Assembly: GCA_044070495.1 (NCBI GenBank)
Contig: JBIPSI010000013.1
Span: forward strand, 64,001-128,000
Direction of reading: 5' to 3'
Length of the DNA: 64,000 nucleotides
Origin: Spirulina sp.
Lineage (GTDB): Bacteria > Cyanobacteriota > Cyanobacteriia > Phormidesmidales > Phormidesmidaceae
The position numbers and the translations under genes were made by a program. Under the pieces are notes generated by a model. That model was not told the DNA's origin. It ran no database searches and worked only from the letters and a program-made list of their open reading frames with translations. Shown here one piece after another: positions 1 to 9,448 of the stretch. The number at the start of each line of letters is the position of its first letter. The stretch's first letter is position 1.

Positions 1-77
1 TCGATCAAGAGATTGCCAACAAAGACAAAATCGACGAAGAATGGCAACGCCTTATTGAACGAAGACAGTCTTCTTGA
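1..77 (+). CDS. Probable 3' end of a CDS entering the window
   Basis: Open frame from nt 3 reads DQEIANKDKIDEEWQRLIERRQSS then TGA; product unknown. Confidence 0.4.
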   Translation, partial: DQEIANKDKIDEEWQRLIERRQSS

Positions 78-146
78 AGGCTAAGTGTTTAGGCAATGAA
101 TGGCTACTTTACGAGTAGGGTACTAAAGACATTTATGGGGTCAACG

Positions 147-746
147 ATGGGAAGAAACCATCCTCCGCTCATGCTCAACGTCCCTGATCAGCTTGCGCTT
201 CAGGTCACTCCGGCTCAGTTTGAGGCCCTAGCCGCAGCGAACCGTGAGCTTCGTCTAGAACGCACTGCCACCGGAGAATTAGTTGTGAACCCACCCACAG
301 GAAGTGAGACAGGATATCGAAATTGGAATCTTTCTGGAGAGTTGTATCTCTGGTGGCGAAATGCTGGAGAACCTGGGAAAGCCTTCGATTCTTCGAGCGG
401 CTTTGAGTTGCCCAATGGGGCTAACCGATCCCCCGATGCCTCATGGGTTAGCCAAGATCGCTGGGATGCCCTAACCCCAGATCAACGCAAGGGTTTTGCC
501 CCCCTTTGTCCTGATTTTGTAGTGGAATTACGTTCTGAAGGCGACACCCTCAAAGACCTCCAAGCCAAGATGGCCGAATACATCGAGAACGGGGCGAAGT
601 TGGGATGGCTCATTGACCCGAAACATAAACGAGTAGAAATTTACCGTCCTGGTAAAGCGGTTGAAATTTTGGAGCATCCGAGTACCGTATCTGGGGAAAC
701 CGTTTTACCGGGCTTTACGCTCAATCTGAAGCGAGTCTGGGCTTAA
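147..746 (+). CDS. Uma2 family (DUF820) putative endonuclease
   Basis: FDSSSGFELPNGANRSPDASWV, PLCPDFVVELRS and LGWLIDP motifs; start uncertain (96/147/171). Confidence 0.93.
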   Translation: MGRNHPPLMLNVPDQLALQVTPAQFEALAAANRELRLERTATGELVVNPPTGSETGYRNWNLSGELYLWWRNAGEPGKAFDSSSGFELPNGANRSPDASWVSQDRWDALTPDQRKGFAPLCPDFVVELRSEGDTLKDLQAKMAEYIENGAKLGWLIDPKHKRVEIYRPGKAVEILEHPSTVSGETVLPGFTLNLKRVWA

Positions 747-839
747 GGGGATTGCTAGCACCGTGCCCCTCATCGCTCTGTTGCTCCAGAATAGAGGCTA
801 CGGGCTAAAACCAAATTTGGCATTAAAAATCGTCAATTT

Positions 840-882
840 GTAGTCAGGGCTACTTATGTTGTCTATGGCAACCCGCTAGCCT
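840..882 (+). promoter_or_regulatory. NtcA-activated promoter of xdhAB
   Basis: GTA-gtcagggc-TAC at 840-853 and TAGCCT (TAN3T -10) at 877-882, 23 nt downstream; upstream of purine N-scavenging genes. Confidence 0.75.
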
Positions 883-945
883 CAACGGTTATAGCGACAA
901 CGATGATGGACGAACGAATGCTGTCTCGTTAGCTTCCTCAACAAC

Positions 946-980
946 AGCCGGGTTAGATAACGTTTCTTACCCGGTTTTCT
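946..980 (+). terminator. Terminator-like hairpin in the xdhA leader
   Basis: AGCCGGGT..AGA-loop-TCT..ACCCGGTT followed by TTCT. Confidence 0.4.
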
Positions 981-985
981 GGTGT

Positions 986-2524
986 ATGGCGGTTAGCAAG
1001 GGCTCATTCCCGCATCGAAGGCGGCGCTGTGCAAGGTTATTCCCTAGGCGAAGCAGCTCTGTGACTCAGCAATCTGTGACTCAACAACTCGACACCCAAC
1101 TCACCCTGACCATTAACGGAGAGCCTGTCTCCGTCGAAGCCCTGTCTCCGGCGATGACCTTGCTGGAATATCTTCGCCTGAGCGGACGGGCGGGCACCAA
1201 GGAAGGCTGCGGCGATGGCGACTGTGGCGCTTGCACCGTGGCCATCATTGGCGAAGGGGCCGACGGCAAACCCCACTACCAGGCGGTGAATAGCTGCCTG
1301 ATTCCCATCGGGGCGGTGGCGGGGCGGCAGGTGTATACGGCGGATGGCATTGCTCAGTGCCGCATTCCCAAAAGTCCCCTCGTCAAAGAACCCGTCACCG
1401 TCGAGCAGTTGCACCCCGTCCAAGCGGCGATGGTGGAAACGGGTGGCTCCCAGTGCGGCTACTGCACTCCCGGCTTCATCATGAGCCTGTTTGCCGCCTA
1501 CTACAACGGCGGGCCAGATGACCTCTCGGTGGAGGGCAACCTCTGCCGCTGTACAGGCTATATTCCCATCCGTCGCGCCGCTGAAATGGTAGCCGCTGAC
1601 ACTCCCCAGGACAGCTTTTCGGCACAGTTGGCCTCGGCCTCTACGGATCTGTTGCCCCTGGCCTACACCGGCCACGAAGAGCAGTTCTACCGTCCCGATT
1701 CCCTCGCTGAAGTGTTGACCCTGCTACAACAGCACCCCAACGCCACCCTGGTCGCCGGAGCCACGGATCTCGGCCTAGAGATGAGCTGGCATCGGCAGCA
1801 TTACCCAATTCTGATTTCCCTAGAAGCCGTCACGGAACTCAAACAGATGCAGAACACGGCGGATTTTGTGGAAATCGGCGCTGCCGTGCCCCTCAGCCAC
1901 ATCGAAACCAACCTGCACGGCATCTTCCCCAGCATGGACGAGATGATCCACTGGTTTGCGGCGCGGCAAGTTCGCAATCGGGCCACCCTAGGCGGCAACA
2001 TCGGCACCGCCTCCCCCATTGGCGACCTGCCCCCGGTGCTGCTGTCGCTCGATGCCACCCTCAAACTGGCTGGCCCCAGCGGTGAACGGGTGATGCCCCT
2101 GGCGGATTTCTTCCTCGGCTATCGCCAAACCCAGTTGCAAGCTGGCGAGGTGATTGTGTCGGTGACGATTCCCAAGGCCACCACTCCCGGCACAGATCGC
2201 CGCCTCGCCCAGTCCTACAAAATTGGCAAACGCGGCACCGACGACATCAGCATCGTCGCCGCCGCCTTTTTGGTGGATGTGGATGCCAACAACCAAATTC
2301 TCCATGCCCGTCTGGGCTACGGGGGAGTTGCCGCCACCCCCGCCCGTGCCACCGAAGCCGAAGCCTTCCTAGTCGGCAAACCCTGGAACCACAGCACCAT
2401 CCAAGCCGTAAAGCCCATCCTGCAAGATGCCTTTACGCCGTTGACCGACCTACGAGGCAGCGCCGACTACCGCAAGCGCCTAGTCGTGAACTTGTTCGAG
2501 AAATTCTTCTCCGAATTCCCGTAG
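986..2524 (+). CDS. xdhA: Xanthine dehydrogenase small subunit (2x[2Fe-2S] + FAD)
   Basis: GTKEGCGDGDCGAC, QCGYCTPGF, GNLCRCTGY, AGATDLG, QVRNRATLGGNI; true start may be GTG 1061 or 1076. Confidence 0.95.
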   Translation: MAVSKGSFPHRRRRCARLFPRRSSSVTQQSVTQQLDTQLTLTINGEPVSVEALSPAMTLLEYLRLSGRAGTKEGCGDGDCGACTVAIIGEGADGKPHYQAVNSCLIPIGAVAGRQVYTADGIAQCRIPKSPLVKEPVTVEQLHPVQAAMVETGGSQCGYCTPGFIMSLFAAYYNGGPDDLSVEGNLCRCTGYIPIRRAAEMVAADTPQDSFSAQLASASTDLLPLAYTGHEEQFYRPDSLAEVLTLLQQHPNATLVAGATDLGLEMSWHRQHYPILISLEAVTELKQMQNTADFVEIGAAVPLSHIETNLHGIFPSMDEMIHWFAARQVRNRATLGGNIGTASPIGDLPPVLLSLDATLKLAGPSGERVMPLADFFLGYRQTQLQAGEVIVSVTIPKATTPGTDRRLAQSYKIGKRGTDDISIVAAAFLVDVDANNQILHARLGYGGVAATPARATEAEAFLVGKPWNHSTIQAVKPILQDAFTPLTDLRGSADYRKRLVVNLFEKFFSEFP

Positions 2525-2675
2525 GGTGGGCACTGCCCACCATCCCCCTGAATTCCCGTAGGGTGGGCACTGCCCACCATCCTCCCTTGGCCCTCACCCC
2601 CAGATCCTCTCCCTGTGGGAGAGGAGAGCCGGAAATAACCATCATCCTCTGTACGGGCGCACCGCAGTGCGCCCC
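2513..2675. repeat. REP-like cluster between xdhA and xdhB
   Basis: Tandem copies of GAATTCCCGTAGGGTGGGCACTGCCCACCATCC (2513, 2550), a CCCTCACCCC..CTCTCCC..GGGAGAG hairpin (2591-2625) and GTACGGGCGCA..TGCGCCC (2651-2674). Confidence 0.85.
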
Positions 2676-2722
2676 AACCCGGCCCCAACCCCTTGCCCCA
2701 TTCGCTTAAGAGGTAATCCCCC

Positions 2723-5047
2723 ATGAGTCCAGTTGGTCAGCGTAAGAGCCACGAAAGCGCCGCCGCCCACGTTAGCGGCACAGCGGTGTATACCGACGAT
2801 CAGCGGGAACCGTTGGGGATGTTGTCGCTGTTTCCGGTGATTTCGCCCCACGTTCACGCCACCATCACCAAGCTAGATCCCAGTCCGGCCCTAGAGGTCG
2901 AGGGTTGCGTGACGGTGCTCACCGCTGCCGATGTGCCGGGGGAGAACAACACCGGGGTAATTGTCCACGACGAAATTTTGCTGCCCACCGATGAGGTCTA
3001 CTACTACGGTCAAGTCGTGGTCTGGGCGGTGGGGGAAACGGAAGCCGCTGCACGGGAAGCGGCGGGTAAGGTGATCGTTGAGTATGAACCTCTACCTGCT
3101 TTAAAGACCGTACAGGAAGCCATTGCCGCCAGCAGCTACCACAACGATGCCCAGTTTATTCGCCGGGGGGATGCCGATGCCGCCATGGCGACGGCACCCC
3201 ACACCTTCTCTGGTGAAGTTGAGGTGGGTGGACAGGATCACTTTTATCTAGAAACCCAGACCAGTTGGGTGGTGCCCGATGGCGAGGGTAATCTTCAGGT
3301 CTTCGCCTCCACCCAACACCCAACCGAAACTCAGGAAATTGTGGCACGGGTACTGGGCTTGTCGAAAAACCAGGTGGTCTGTACCTGTCTGCGAATGGGC
3401 GGGGCCTTTGGCGGCAAGGAATCCCAGGCCAATCCCTTTGCGGCGGCGGCAGCCTTGGCCACCTACAAAACGGGGCGTCCGGCCAGGGTGCGGCTGCGGC
3501 GGCACCACGATATGTTGATCACCGGCAAGCGCCACGGATTCTTGAACCAGTACGAGGTCGGGTTTGACAACGAGGGCAAAATCCTGGCCATGAAAGCCCT
3601 ACTGGTGGCCGATGGCGGCTGGAGCCTCGACCTCTCGCCTCCGGTGCTGGCGCGGGCCATGCTCCATGTAGACAACGCCTACTACATCCCCAACCTGGAG
3701 GTAGAGGGGCGCATCGCCAAGACGAATCGAGTTTCCAACACCGCCTACCGGGGCTTTGGCGGGCCACAGGGGATGATCGTCGCTGAAGAAGTGGTAGACC
3801 GCATTGCCCGTACTTTGAACCTGCCGCCGGACGTGGTGCGCGAACGCAACTTCTACCACGGCACCGGGGAAACCAGCACCACCCACTACAGCCAGGAAAT
3901 CGTCGATAACCGCATCGCCCGCGTCTGGCAGGAGGCCAAGGCCAATTCCAACTACGAGGCTCGACAGGCGGAAATCGCCGCCTTCAACGCCAGCAGCCCC
4001 TACAAAAAGCGAGGGCTGGCCATCACCCCGGTCAAATTCGGCATCTCCTTCAACAAGGTGATGTACAACCAGGCTGGATCCCTAGTGCTGATCTACACCG
4101 ACGGCAGCATTCAGCTCAACCACGGCGGCACCGAGATGGGTCAGGGGCTCCACACCAAGATGATCCAAGTCGCCGCCAAAGCCCTTGGGGTCAGCATCGA
4201 CCGCATTCGCATGATGCACACCAGCACCGACAAGGTGCCCAACACCTCGGCCACAGCGGCCTCCAGCGGATCAGACCTGAATGGCCAAGCGGTGAAAAAT
4301 GCCTGCGAAATTCTGCGGGATCGCATGGCGGCGGTGGCGGTGCGAATGCTGAATCTGGACGCCCCCGAAGACATGGTGTTTGAGGACGACTGGATCTACT
4401 GCCGCACCTACCCCAGCGCCCGGATTTCTTTCGATGAGGTGGTGAAGCAAACCTACAGCGAACGCATCAGCCTCGCCGCCACGGGCTTCTACCGCACCCC
4501 CAACATTTTCTGGGATCCCAAGCTGGGCAAGGGTCGCCCCTTCTACTACTTCGCCTACGGTGCCGCCGTGTCTGAGGTAGAAGTAGACGGCTTTACGGGC
4601 ACTTTCAAGCTGCGCCAGGTAGATATCGTCCACGATGTCGGCGAATCCCTCAATCCCTTGGTGGATAAGGGACAAATCGAAGGCGGCTTTGTCCAAGGTA
4701 TGGGCTGGCTAACCATGGAAGAACTGGTGTGGGATGGGGAAGGTCGCCTCCGCACCTTTGCCCCCAGCACCTACAAAATCCCCACCATCAGCGAAATCCC
4801 CGAAAACTTCACTATCCATCTGCTAGAACGCGCTTCCCAAGACGGTGTCATCTACGGCAGCAAAGCCGTGGGGGAACCCCCCTTCATGTTGGCCATGTCT
4901 GTGCGGGAGGCGATCCGTGCCGCCGTGGCTGCCTTTGGTGATGCCGATTATGTGCCCTTGGGTCTCCCCGCTACTCCAGAGGCGACCCTGTGGGCCATTG
5001 AGGGAGTGCGCGACACGAGTCGGGAAGCTCAGCCTGTGGGTGTCTAA
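2723..5047 (+). CDS. xdhB: Xanthine dehydrogenase molybdopterin-binding subunit
   Basis: QDHFYLE, MGGAFGGKESQ, AYRGFGGPQG, TAASSGSDLNG, SKAVGEPP motifs; follows xdhA. Confidence 0.96.
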   Translation: MSPVGQRKSHESAAAHVSGTAVYTDDQREPLGMLSLFPVISPHVHATITKLDPSPALEVEGCVTVLTAADVPGENNTGVIVHDEILLPTDEVYYYGQVVVWAVGETEAAAREAAGKVIVEYEPLPALKTVQEAIAASSYHNDAQFIRRGDADAAMATAPHTFSGEVEVGGQDHFYLETQTSWVVPDGEGNLQVFASTQHPTETQEIVARVLGLSKNQVVCTCLRMGGAFGGKESQANPFAAAAALATYKTGRPARVRLRRHHDMLITGKRHGFLNQYEVGFDNEGKILAMKALLVADGGWSLDLSPPVLARAMLHVDNAYYIPNLEVEGRIAKTNRVSNTAYRGFGGPQGMIVAEEVVDRIARTLNLPPDVVRERNFYHGTGETSTTHYSQEIVDNRIARVWQEAKANSNYEARQAEIAAFNASSPYKKRGLAITPVKFGISFNKVMYNQAGSLVLIYTDGSIQLNHGGTEMGQGLHTKMIQVAAKALGVSIDRIRMMHTSTDKVPNTSATAASSGSDLNGQAVKNACEILRDRMAAVAVRMLNLDAPEDMVFEDDWIYCRTYPSARISFDEVVKQTYSERISLAATGFYRTPNIFWDPKLGKGRPFYYFAYGAAVSEVEVDGFTGTFKLRQVDIVHDVGESLNPLVDKGQIEGGFVQGMGWLTMEELVWDGEGRLRTFAPSTYKIPTISEIPENFTIHLLERASQDGVIYGSKAVGEPPFMLAMSVREAIRAAVAAFGDADYVPLGLPATPEATLWAIEGVRDTSREAQPVGV

Positions 5048-5106
5048 ACCATTATTCACACATTCTTGGAGCAACTTCCATTAGACTGTGATAGTCATCG
5101 AATTAA

Positions 5107-5237
5107 GAGGGCGTTTGAAAAGGGTTGCCTCAGGTGCGATTGGTCGCTAGATCGGTGCAAATCTACGGGATTTTTGACGACTGAGGCTGACCTCATCGGT
5201 ATAACTTGGGACGAGCTTCGGCTTTTCAAACGTCCTC
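5107..5237. mobile_element. MITE with IS5-like GAG ends
   Basis: TIRs GAGGGCGTTTGAAAAG / CTTTTCAAACGTCCTC, flanked by TAA on both sides (5104-5106, 5238-5240); related partial copy at 38700-38768. Confidence 0.8.
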
Positions 5238-5569
5238 TAAGGGATAAAGCGACAGCAAGCCTTAATCTCTTCTGACTGGTGCCATCATTAATCTCGGCAG
5301 AGTCTGAACACAATCTTGACTAAATGAAATGAAGGTTTATCTAGCCAAGATTGTGCTCGGCATCCGTTTGAGTGACAGGGTGCTCTGTGACGCTTTGGCC
5401 AGGGAAATCGGCAATAGGTCAATCCATCAAATACAGGCTAACTTTGTTCAGGGTAAAGATAGATTAAGCCCCATCGAGTTTTAGTGATATTTGATGATCT
5501 ACCTAACGTTAAACGTTGTCAGATAGGGATCTAAGACCTTTGCCTTTTAGATCGTCTTTGGGGTGAGCT

Positions 5570-7525
5570 ATGTTACACCGTATAGCCAAATTTTTGCCCA
5601 TCGGGAAACCTCAGCAACGGCAGCCGAAAAATATCTTTTACTACCTTCTCATACCGACCGATCAGCCAATTGATCTAACAGAACATCAGTGTCAGATTCA
5701 TAATCCTATACTCCGCAATTCCCTTCAGCATGCGCAAAATCTATTTAATGCTCCAGTAGATCTGTTATGGTTTAATTCTCGTCTTAATAGACTGTGGAAT
5801 CTACATAGCAATCAAGAGATCTCAGTAACAAAATTTCAGAAAAACGGCATTCATTTTCTCATTAACCTTGGCTTTCTCTGCTCCGACAATCCACCTATTC
5901 AAGAAATGTTGACTGGCGTCAACCACCATAAAATCGTTTGGTGTGGATTGCAGAGCAGTCGAGATATTTACGGCTGCGCTTTTATCAAGGGAAAACATAG
6001 GCCAGCCCATTCCATAGCGTTACTAAAGCAGATTATTCATAGCATCACGATAACCATTGATGAGAATATCGAGAATAGCTGGCCCCAAATATGCCAACAT
6101 CTTTTTCTGACGCCTAATACTTCATGTTTTGAGCACTCTCCAGCCCTGAAAGAAATATCAGACTTGCGCAGCAGATCGCTGGCCAATGCTCCTAAGTTTC
6201 TCAATACGGCTATACAAGAACTTCTTTCCTCTTCGCAACCCACACCTGAAACTGACATTAACGCCATCAAGCAAAGATTGCATGGACAGCGATTAAGTTC
6301 TAAAGTACCCTGGATCTTTAATACGCTTCTAAATGAGATTGAATATTATACGGGTTCTGTAGATGTTCAAAGTTTTCCGCCAGAAGTACATCTTTCAACG
6401 ACTGGCTTTTGCAATATAGAATGTCGCTTTTGTACCTATACTCGTTCTGTCGGTCGATTTGAATTTGTTGACGTAGAAAGAGTTTCAAGCCTTGACTGGT
6501 TAAAACAGGTTCAAACGCTAAGACTTCATAGTGGCTTAGGAGAACCTACAACAAATAAAAACCTTGGAGATATCATTGGTTATGTTGCACAAAACTACCC
6601 CCACGTAGGCATTAATTTTTTCACGAATGGACTTAACTTAAATCGGCCAGGGCTGATTGATGCATTAGTCGGCAATGTGCGTTGGATTAATGTTTCGCTT
6701 AATGCGTCAAACCGTGAATCTTGGAAACAGCAATGTAAGATTGATCAGTTTCATCGTGTCTGCCATAATCTGACAGCCTTACTGAATGCGAAGAAGGCTC
6801 GAAAATCGCTCTGGCCTGTTGTCTTTGGTTCTATGGTTATCAACAAGGATAACGTGACAGACCTGCCAGAGATGCCAGCGCTATGCCATCAATTAGGCAT
6901 TGATCGCTTTACCGTCTTTCCATTTTTTGCCTTAGGCTATGGAGGAGACAGTAAATATGGGGCAGAGATGACCCTAGCAACCTGTCGGCAAACCTATGAT
7001 GAACTTTACTGGCCGACCATTGAAGCCGCTCAAAGATATCAGATTTCCATTGAAATGCCGCCCCCCAGCGACCATGCTAAAACGGCTTTTGGTGTAGAAA
7101 TAAGACAGTTTAATGATTTTGCTAGAATCGAGACCAACGAATGGCCAATGGCACGATTTCTCGCTGATTTTATTCCGTTAGAATCTCCTAATCGTTACTG
7201 CCACTTCCTGTGGAGACAGGTTGGAATTGGTAGCACTCATAACTGTGGCCACTCTGAAGAAGAGACCCATTATTTATATCCCTGCATAGGGCCGTTGTCT
7301 GGCTTAGATTTTTCTCGGAAAACTAGCTTTAGATTTCCAGACTCTGATGGTTTTATCGCCCTTTGGAATAACCCTATATTTTCACACCTTCGTAAGGCTC
7401 AACATCAACGGGATGTTTGTCAAGTCTGCGATCTGTGCCAAGCGAAGGACACTCGCGACCCGAATGAATTCCAGTGTTTAGAGGTTGCCACCAAGCAGTT
7501 TAGTCATCAGCACTTAGATCATTAG
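5570..7525 (+). CDS. Radical SAM protein with long N-terminal extension and Cys-rich SPASM/twitch-like C-terminus
   Basis: CNIECRFC (CX3CX2C), GLGEP, FTNG; C-terminal YCHF..YPC..CQVCDLC; AT-rich. Confidence 0.88.
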   Translation: MLHRIAKFLPIGKPQQRQPKNIFYYLLIPTDQPIDLTEHQCQIHNPILRNSLQHAQNLFNAPVDLLWFNSRLNRLWNLHSNQEISVTKFQKNGIHFLINLGFLCSDNPPIQEMLTGVNHHKIVWCGLQSSRDIYGCAFIKGKHRPAHSIALLKQIIHSITITIDENIENSWPQICQHLFLTPNTSCFEHSPALKEISDLRSRSLANAPKFLNTAIQELLSSSQPTPETDINAIKQRLHGQRLSSKVPWIFNTLLNEIEYYTGSVDVQSFPPEVHLSTTGFCNIECRFCTYTRSVGRFEFVDVERVSSLDWLKQVQTLRLHSGLGEPTTNKNLGDIIGYVAQNYPHVGINFFTNGLNLNRPGLIDALVGNVRWINVSLNASNRESWKQQCKIDQFHRVCHNLTALLNAKKARKSLWPVVFGSMVINKDNVTDLPEMPALCHQLGIDRFTVFPFFALGYGGDSKYGAEMTLATCRQTYDELYWPTIEAAQRYQISIEMPPPSDHAKTAFGVEIRQFNDFARIETNEWPMARFLADFIPLESPNRYCHFLWRQVGIGSTHNCGHSEEETHYLYPCIGPLSGLDFSRKTSFRFPDSDGFIALWNNPIFSHLRKAQHQRDVCQVCDLCQAKDTRDPNEFQCLEVATKQFSHQHLDH

Positions 7526-7574
7526 AATGGGCTGATTTCTAATCGATTCACACAAAAAGACAGTCTTGAAAGAT

Positions 7575-9443
7575 TTAGAGAAGAGGAATTTCAATTCTTC
7601 TGTGAAAGTCTTGTTTGCTTGTAGCATGGCAAACTTGATCGAGTGCCATCTCAATGCCATGAACCGTTGTGTGAAACGTTGCTTCGTTATGGGCATAGCT
7701 GGGCAGCATAATACCATTATAGGTAACGATACCTGCCTTAAGGAGTTCTTGATAGTAGAGGGTACGCTTAAGTCTGAGTAGCTCTGGAGAGGGTTCATCA
7801 AACACTAATCCCATCCGAAAGGGCGGTCCAAGGCACTGAGCGCCTACACTACGCTCATAACAGAGAGCGTTAATTCTTGTTTGCAGCTTTTTCCCATAAT
7901 CCCAAATGAAGTCGGCTATGGGCTCTGAACGATAGATTTCAATAGCAGCCTTGGCCGCTGCAAAGGAATACATCTCGCCCTTAAAGGTAGGTCCATAGTG
8001 GGTTTGCCCCATGCTTTTACGAAAAATTTCTGCCCTTCCCACTAGCGCCGAAAGCGGCATACCAGAGGCAATCGCCTTTCCTAGGCAAGCCAAATCGGGT
8101 ACTACACCCGTTGCCCGTTGCACACTTCCCCCTGGATAGCGATAGCCCGTAACGATTTCATCGAAAATGAGAAGGGCACCCGCTTGACGAGTTTTCTCGG
8201 CAATGGTCTGGAGGAACTCGGTGCTAGCATCTTGGAAATGTCCCTGTATTGATTGAGCTGGGCCTGCGGGTTCCAGCATGACCGCCGCTAGGTCATCTCG
8301 ATAACGTTCATAGAGGCAATTGAAATCCTCTAGGTCGTTGAATTTAAAGGCATGGATTAAGGCTTCAGGTCGATCTGGAATACCCGTAAACTCAAAGCCC
8401 ATACGCTCTACCCAAAAGTCTTGCCAGCCGTGATAACCGCTACAGAGAATAATCCTTTTGCCGGTATAAGCCCTCGATAAACGAGCTGCGACTGTACAAA
8501 CATCGGAACCATTTTTCCCAAATACAACCATTTCTGCACAGGGAAAATCATCTATGAGCATTTGGGAAACTTCCATTTCCAGACCATAGGGAAATGGCGT
8601 CACGGCACCCGTATCTAAAACTGATCGAATTGCATCCTGTATGCGCTGATCAGCATAGCCTAAGAGATAGCACCCCCAACCCATGACGTAGTCAATATAG
8701 GTCTGATTTTGAGAATCCCAGATATGACATCCTTGAGCTTTGGAGACAAAGACAGGAAAGGTATTTCCTGATCGTCCTTGCCAGATACCCCCAGTGGGTT
8801 GGTAAAACCACGGGTTGACCTGCCTTGATAGGCTGACTAACATTGAGGTTTCACTCGGATTGCCTTGGGTCACCCATACCGAAATTCTCAGCGGATCTGC
8901 CCCCTGGTCAGAAAATCGAGTAACGTTTTGCTGAACTAGATCAACAATTAATTCGTGGTCGCCCACTACATTGGGAATCGTTATTGAAAAATAAATCTCC
9001 ACACGCTCTCCTGGAAGAACTTGCCCTCGGGGAAAAGGAAGGGTCAACAGGACTTGGCGATCAAATTGAACAAATACATTCACTGGCTGGGTAGCATCTG
9101 TGGATAGCCAGGGAAAATTACCCTTATTTTCTAGGGCAACCCAAGCGCCATAGGTTTGACCAGCCATCACCTGATCTGGGATATCACTATCGATGAAATT
9201 AACCCTGTAACGATTCTGTCTAGATGGCGACTCCGCAACGCTTTCAAAGCTATCGATTTGAATCGGGCTTTCGATCAAGTTTTTCCTAAAATTATCTGGG
9301 TTTATTGCCGCTAGTTTTGTGACAACAATTTTAGACCTAAAGGCTTTTATGATTTGCTCAAAAAAAGAATGCTTCATGATCGGCCCTTCAGTTTGGTTAA
9401 CAGCAAGCCATGACTTCCATTGAGGGCAGCATAATATCACCAC
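7575..9443 (-). CDS. Class III PLP aminotransferase (GSA-aminomutase-like) with N-terminal Ig-like domain
   Basis: YIDYVMGWG, FGKNGSD, GYHGW, LIFDEIVTGYR, PDLACLGKAIASG; alternative ATG at 9377. Confidence 0.9.
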   Translation of the reverse strand: MVILCCPQWKSWLAVNQTEGPIMKHSFFEQIIKAFRSKIVVTKLAAINPDNFRKNLIESPIQIDSFESVAESPSRQNRYRVNFIDSDIPDQVMAGQTYGAWVALENKGNFPWLSTDATQPVNVFVQFDRQVLLTLPFPRGQVLPGERVEIYFSITIPNVVGDHELIVDLVQQNVTRFSDQGADPLRISVWVTQGNPSETSMLVSLSRQVNPWFYQPTGGIWQGRSGNTFPVFVSKAQGCHIWDSQNQTYIDYVMGWGCYLLGYADQRIQDAIRSVLDTGAVTPFPYGLEMEVSQMLIDDFPCAEMVVFGKNGSDVCTVAARLSRAYTGKRIILCSGYHGWQDFWVERMGFEFTGIPDRPEALIHAFKFNDLEDFNCLYERYRDDLAAVMLEPAGPAQSIQGHFQDASTEFLQTIAEKTRQAGALLIFDEIVTGYRYPGGSVQRATGVVPDLACLGKAIASGMPLSALVGRAEIFRKSMGQTHYGPTFKGEMYSFAAAKAAIEIYRSEPIADFIWDYGKKLQTRINALCYERSVGAQCLGPPFRMGLVFDEPSPELLRLKRTLYYQELLKAGIVTYNGIMLPSYAHNEATFHTTVHGIEMALDQVCHATSKQDFHRRIEIPLL

Positions 9444-9448
9444 AAAAC

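Noticed and set aside
955..990. Purine riboswitch (GTTTCTTACC, TATGG)
   Set aside because: Motifs are in the wrong order and no three-way junction is evident
2513..2582. Repeat pair as a mini-CRISPR
   Set aside because: Simple tandem duplication of a dispersed REP with no unique spacer
7575..9443. Housekeeping hemL
   Set aside because: Extra N-terminal domain, GKNGSD rather than NSGTE motif, and island context
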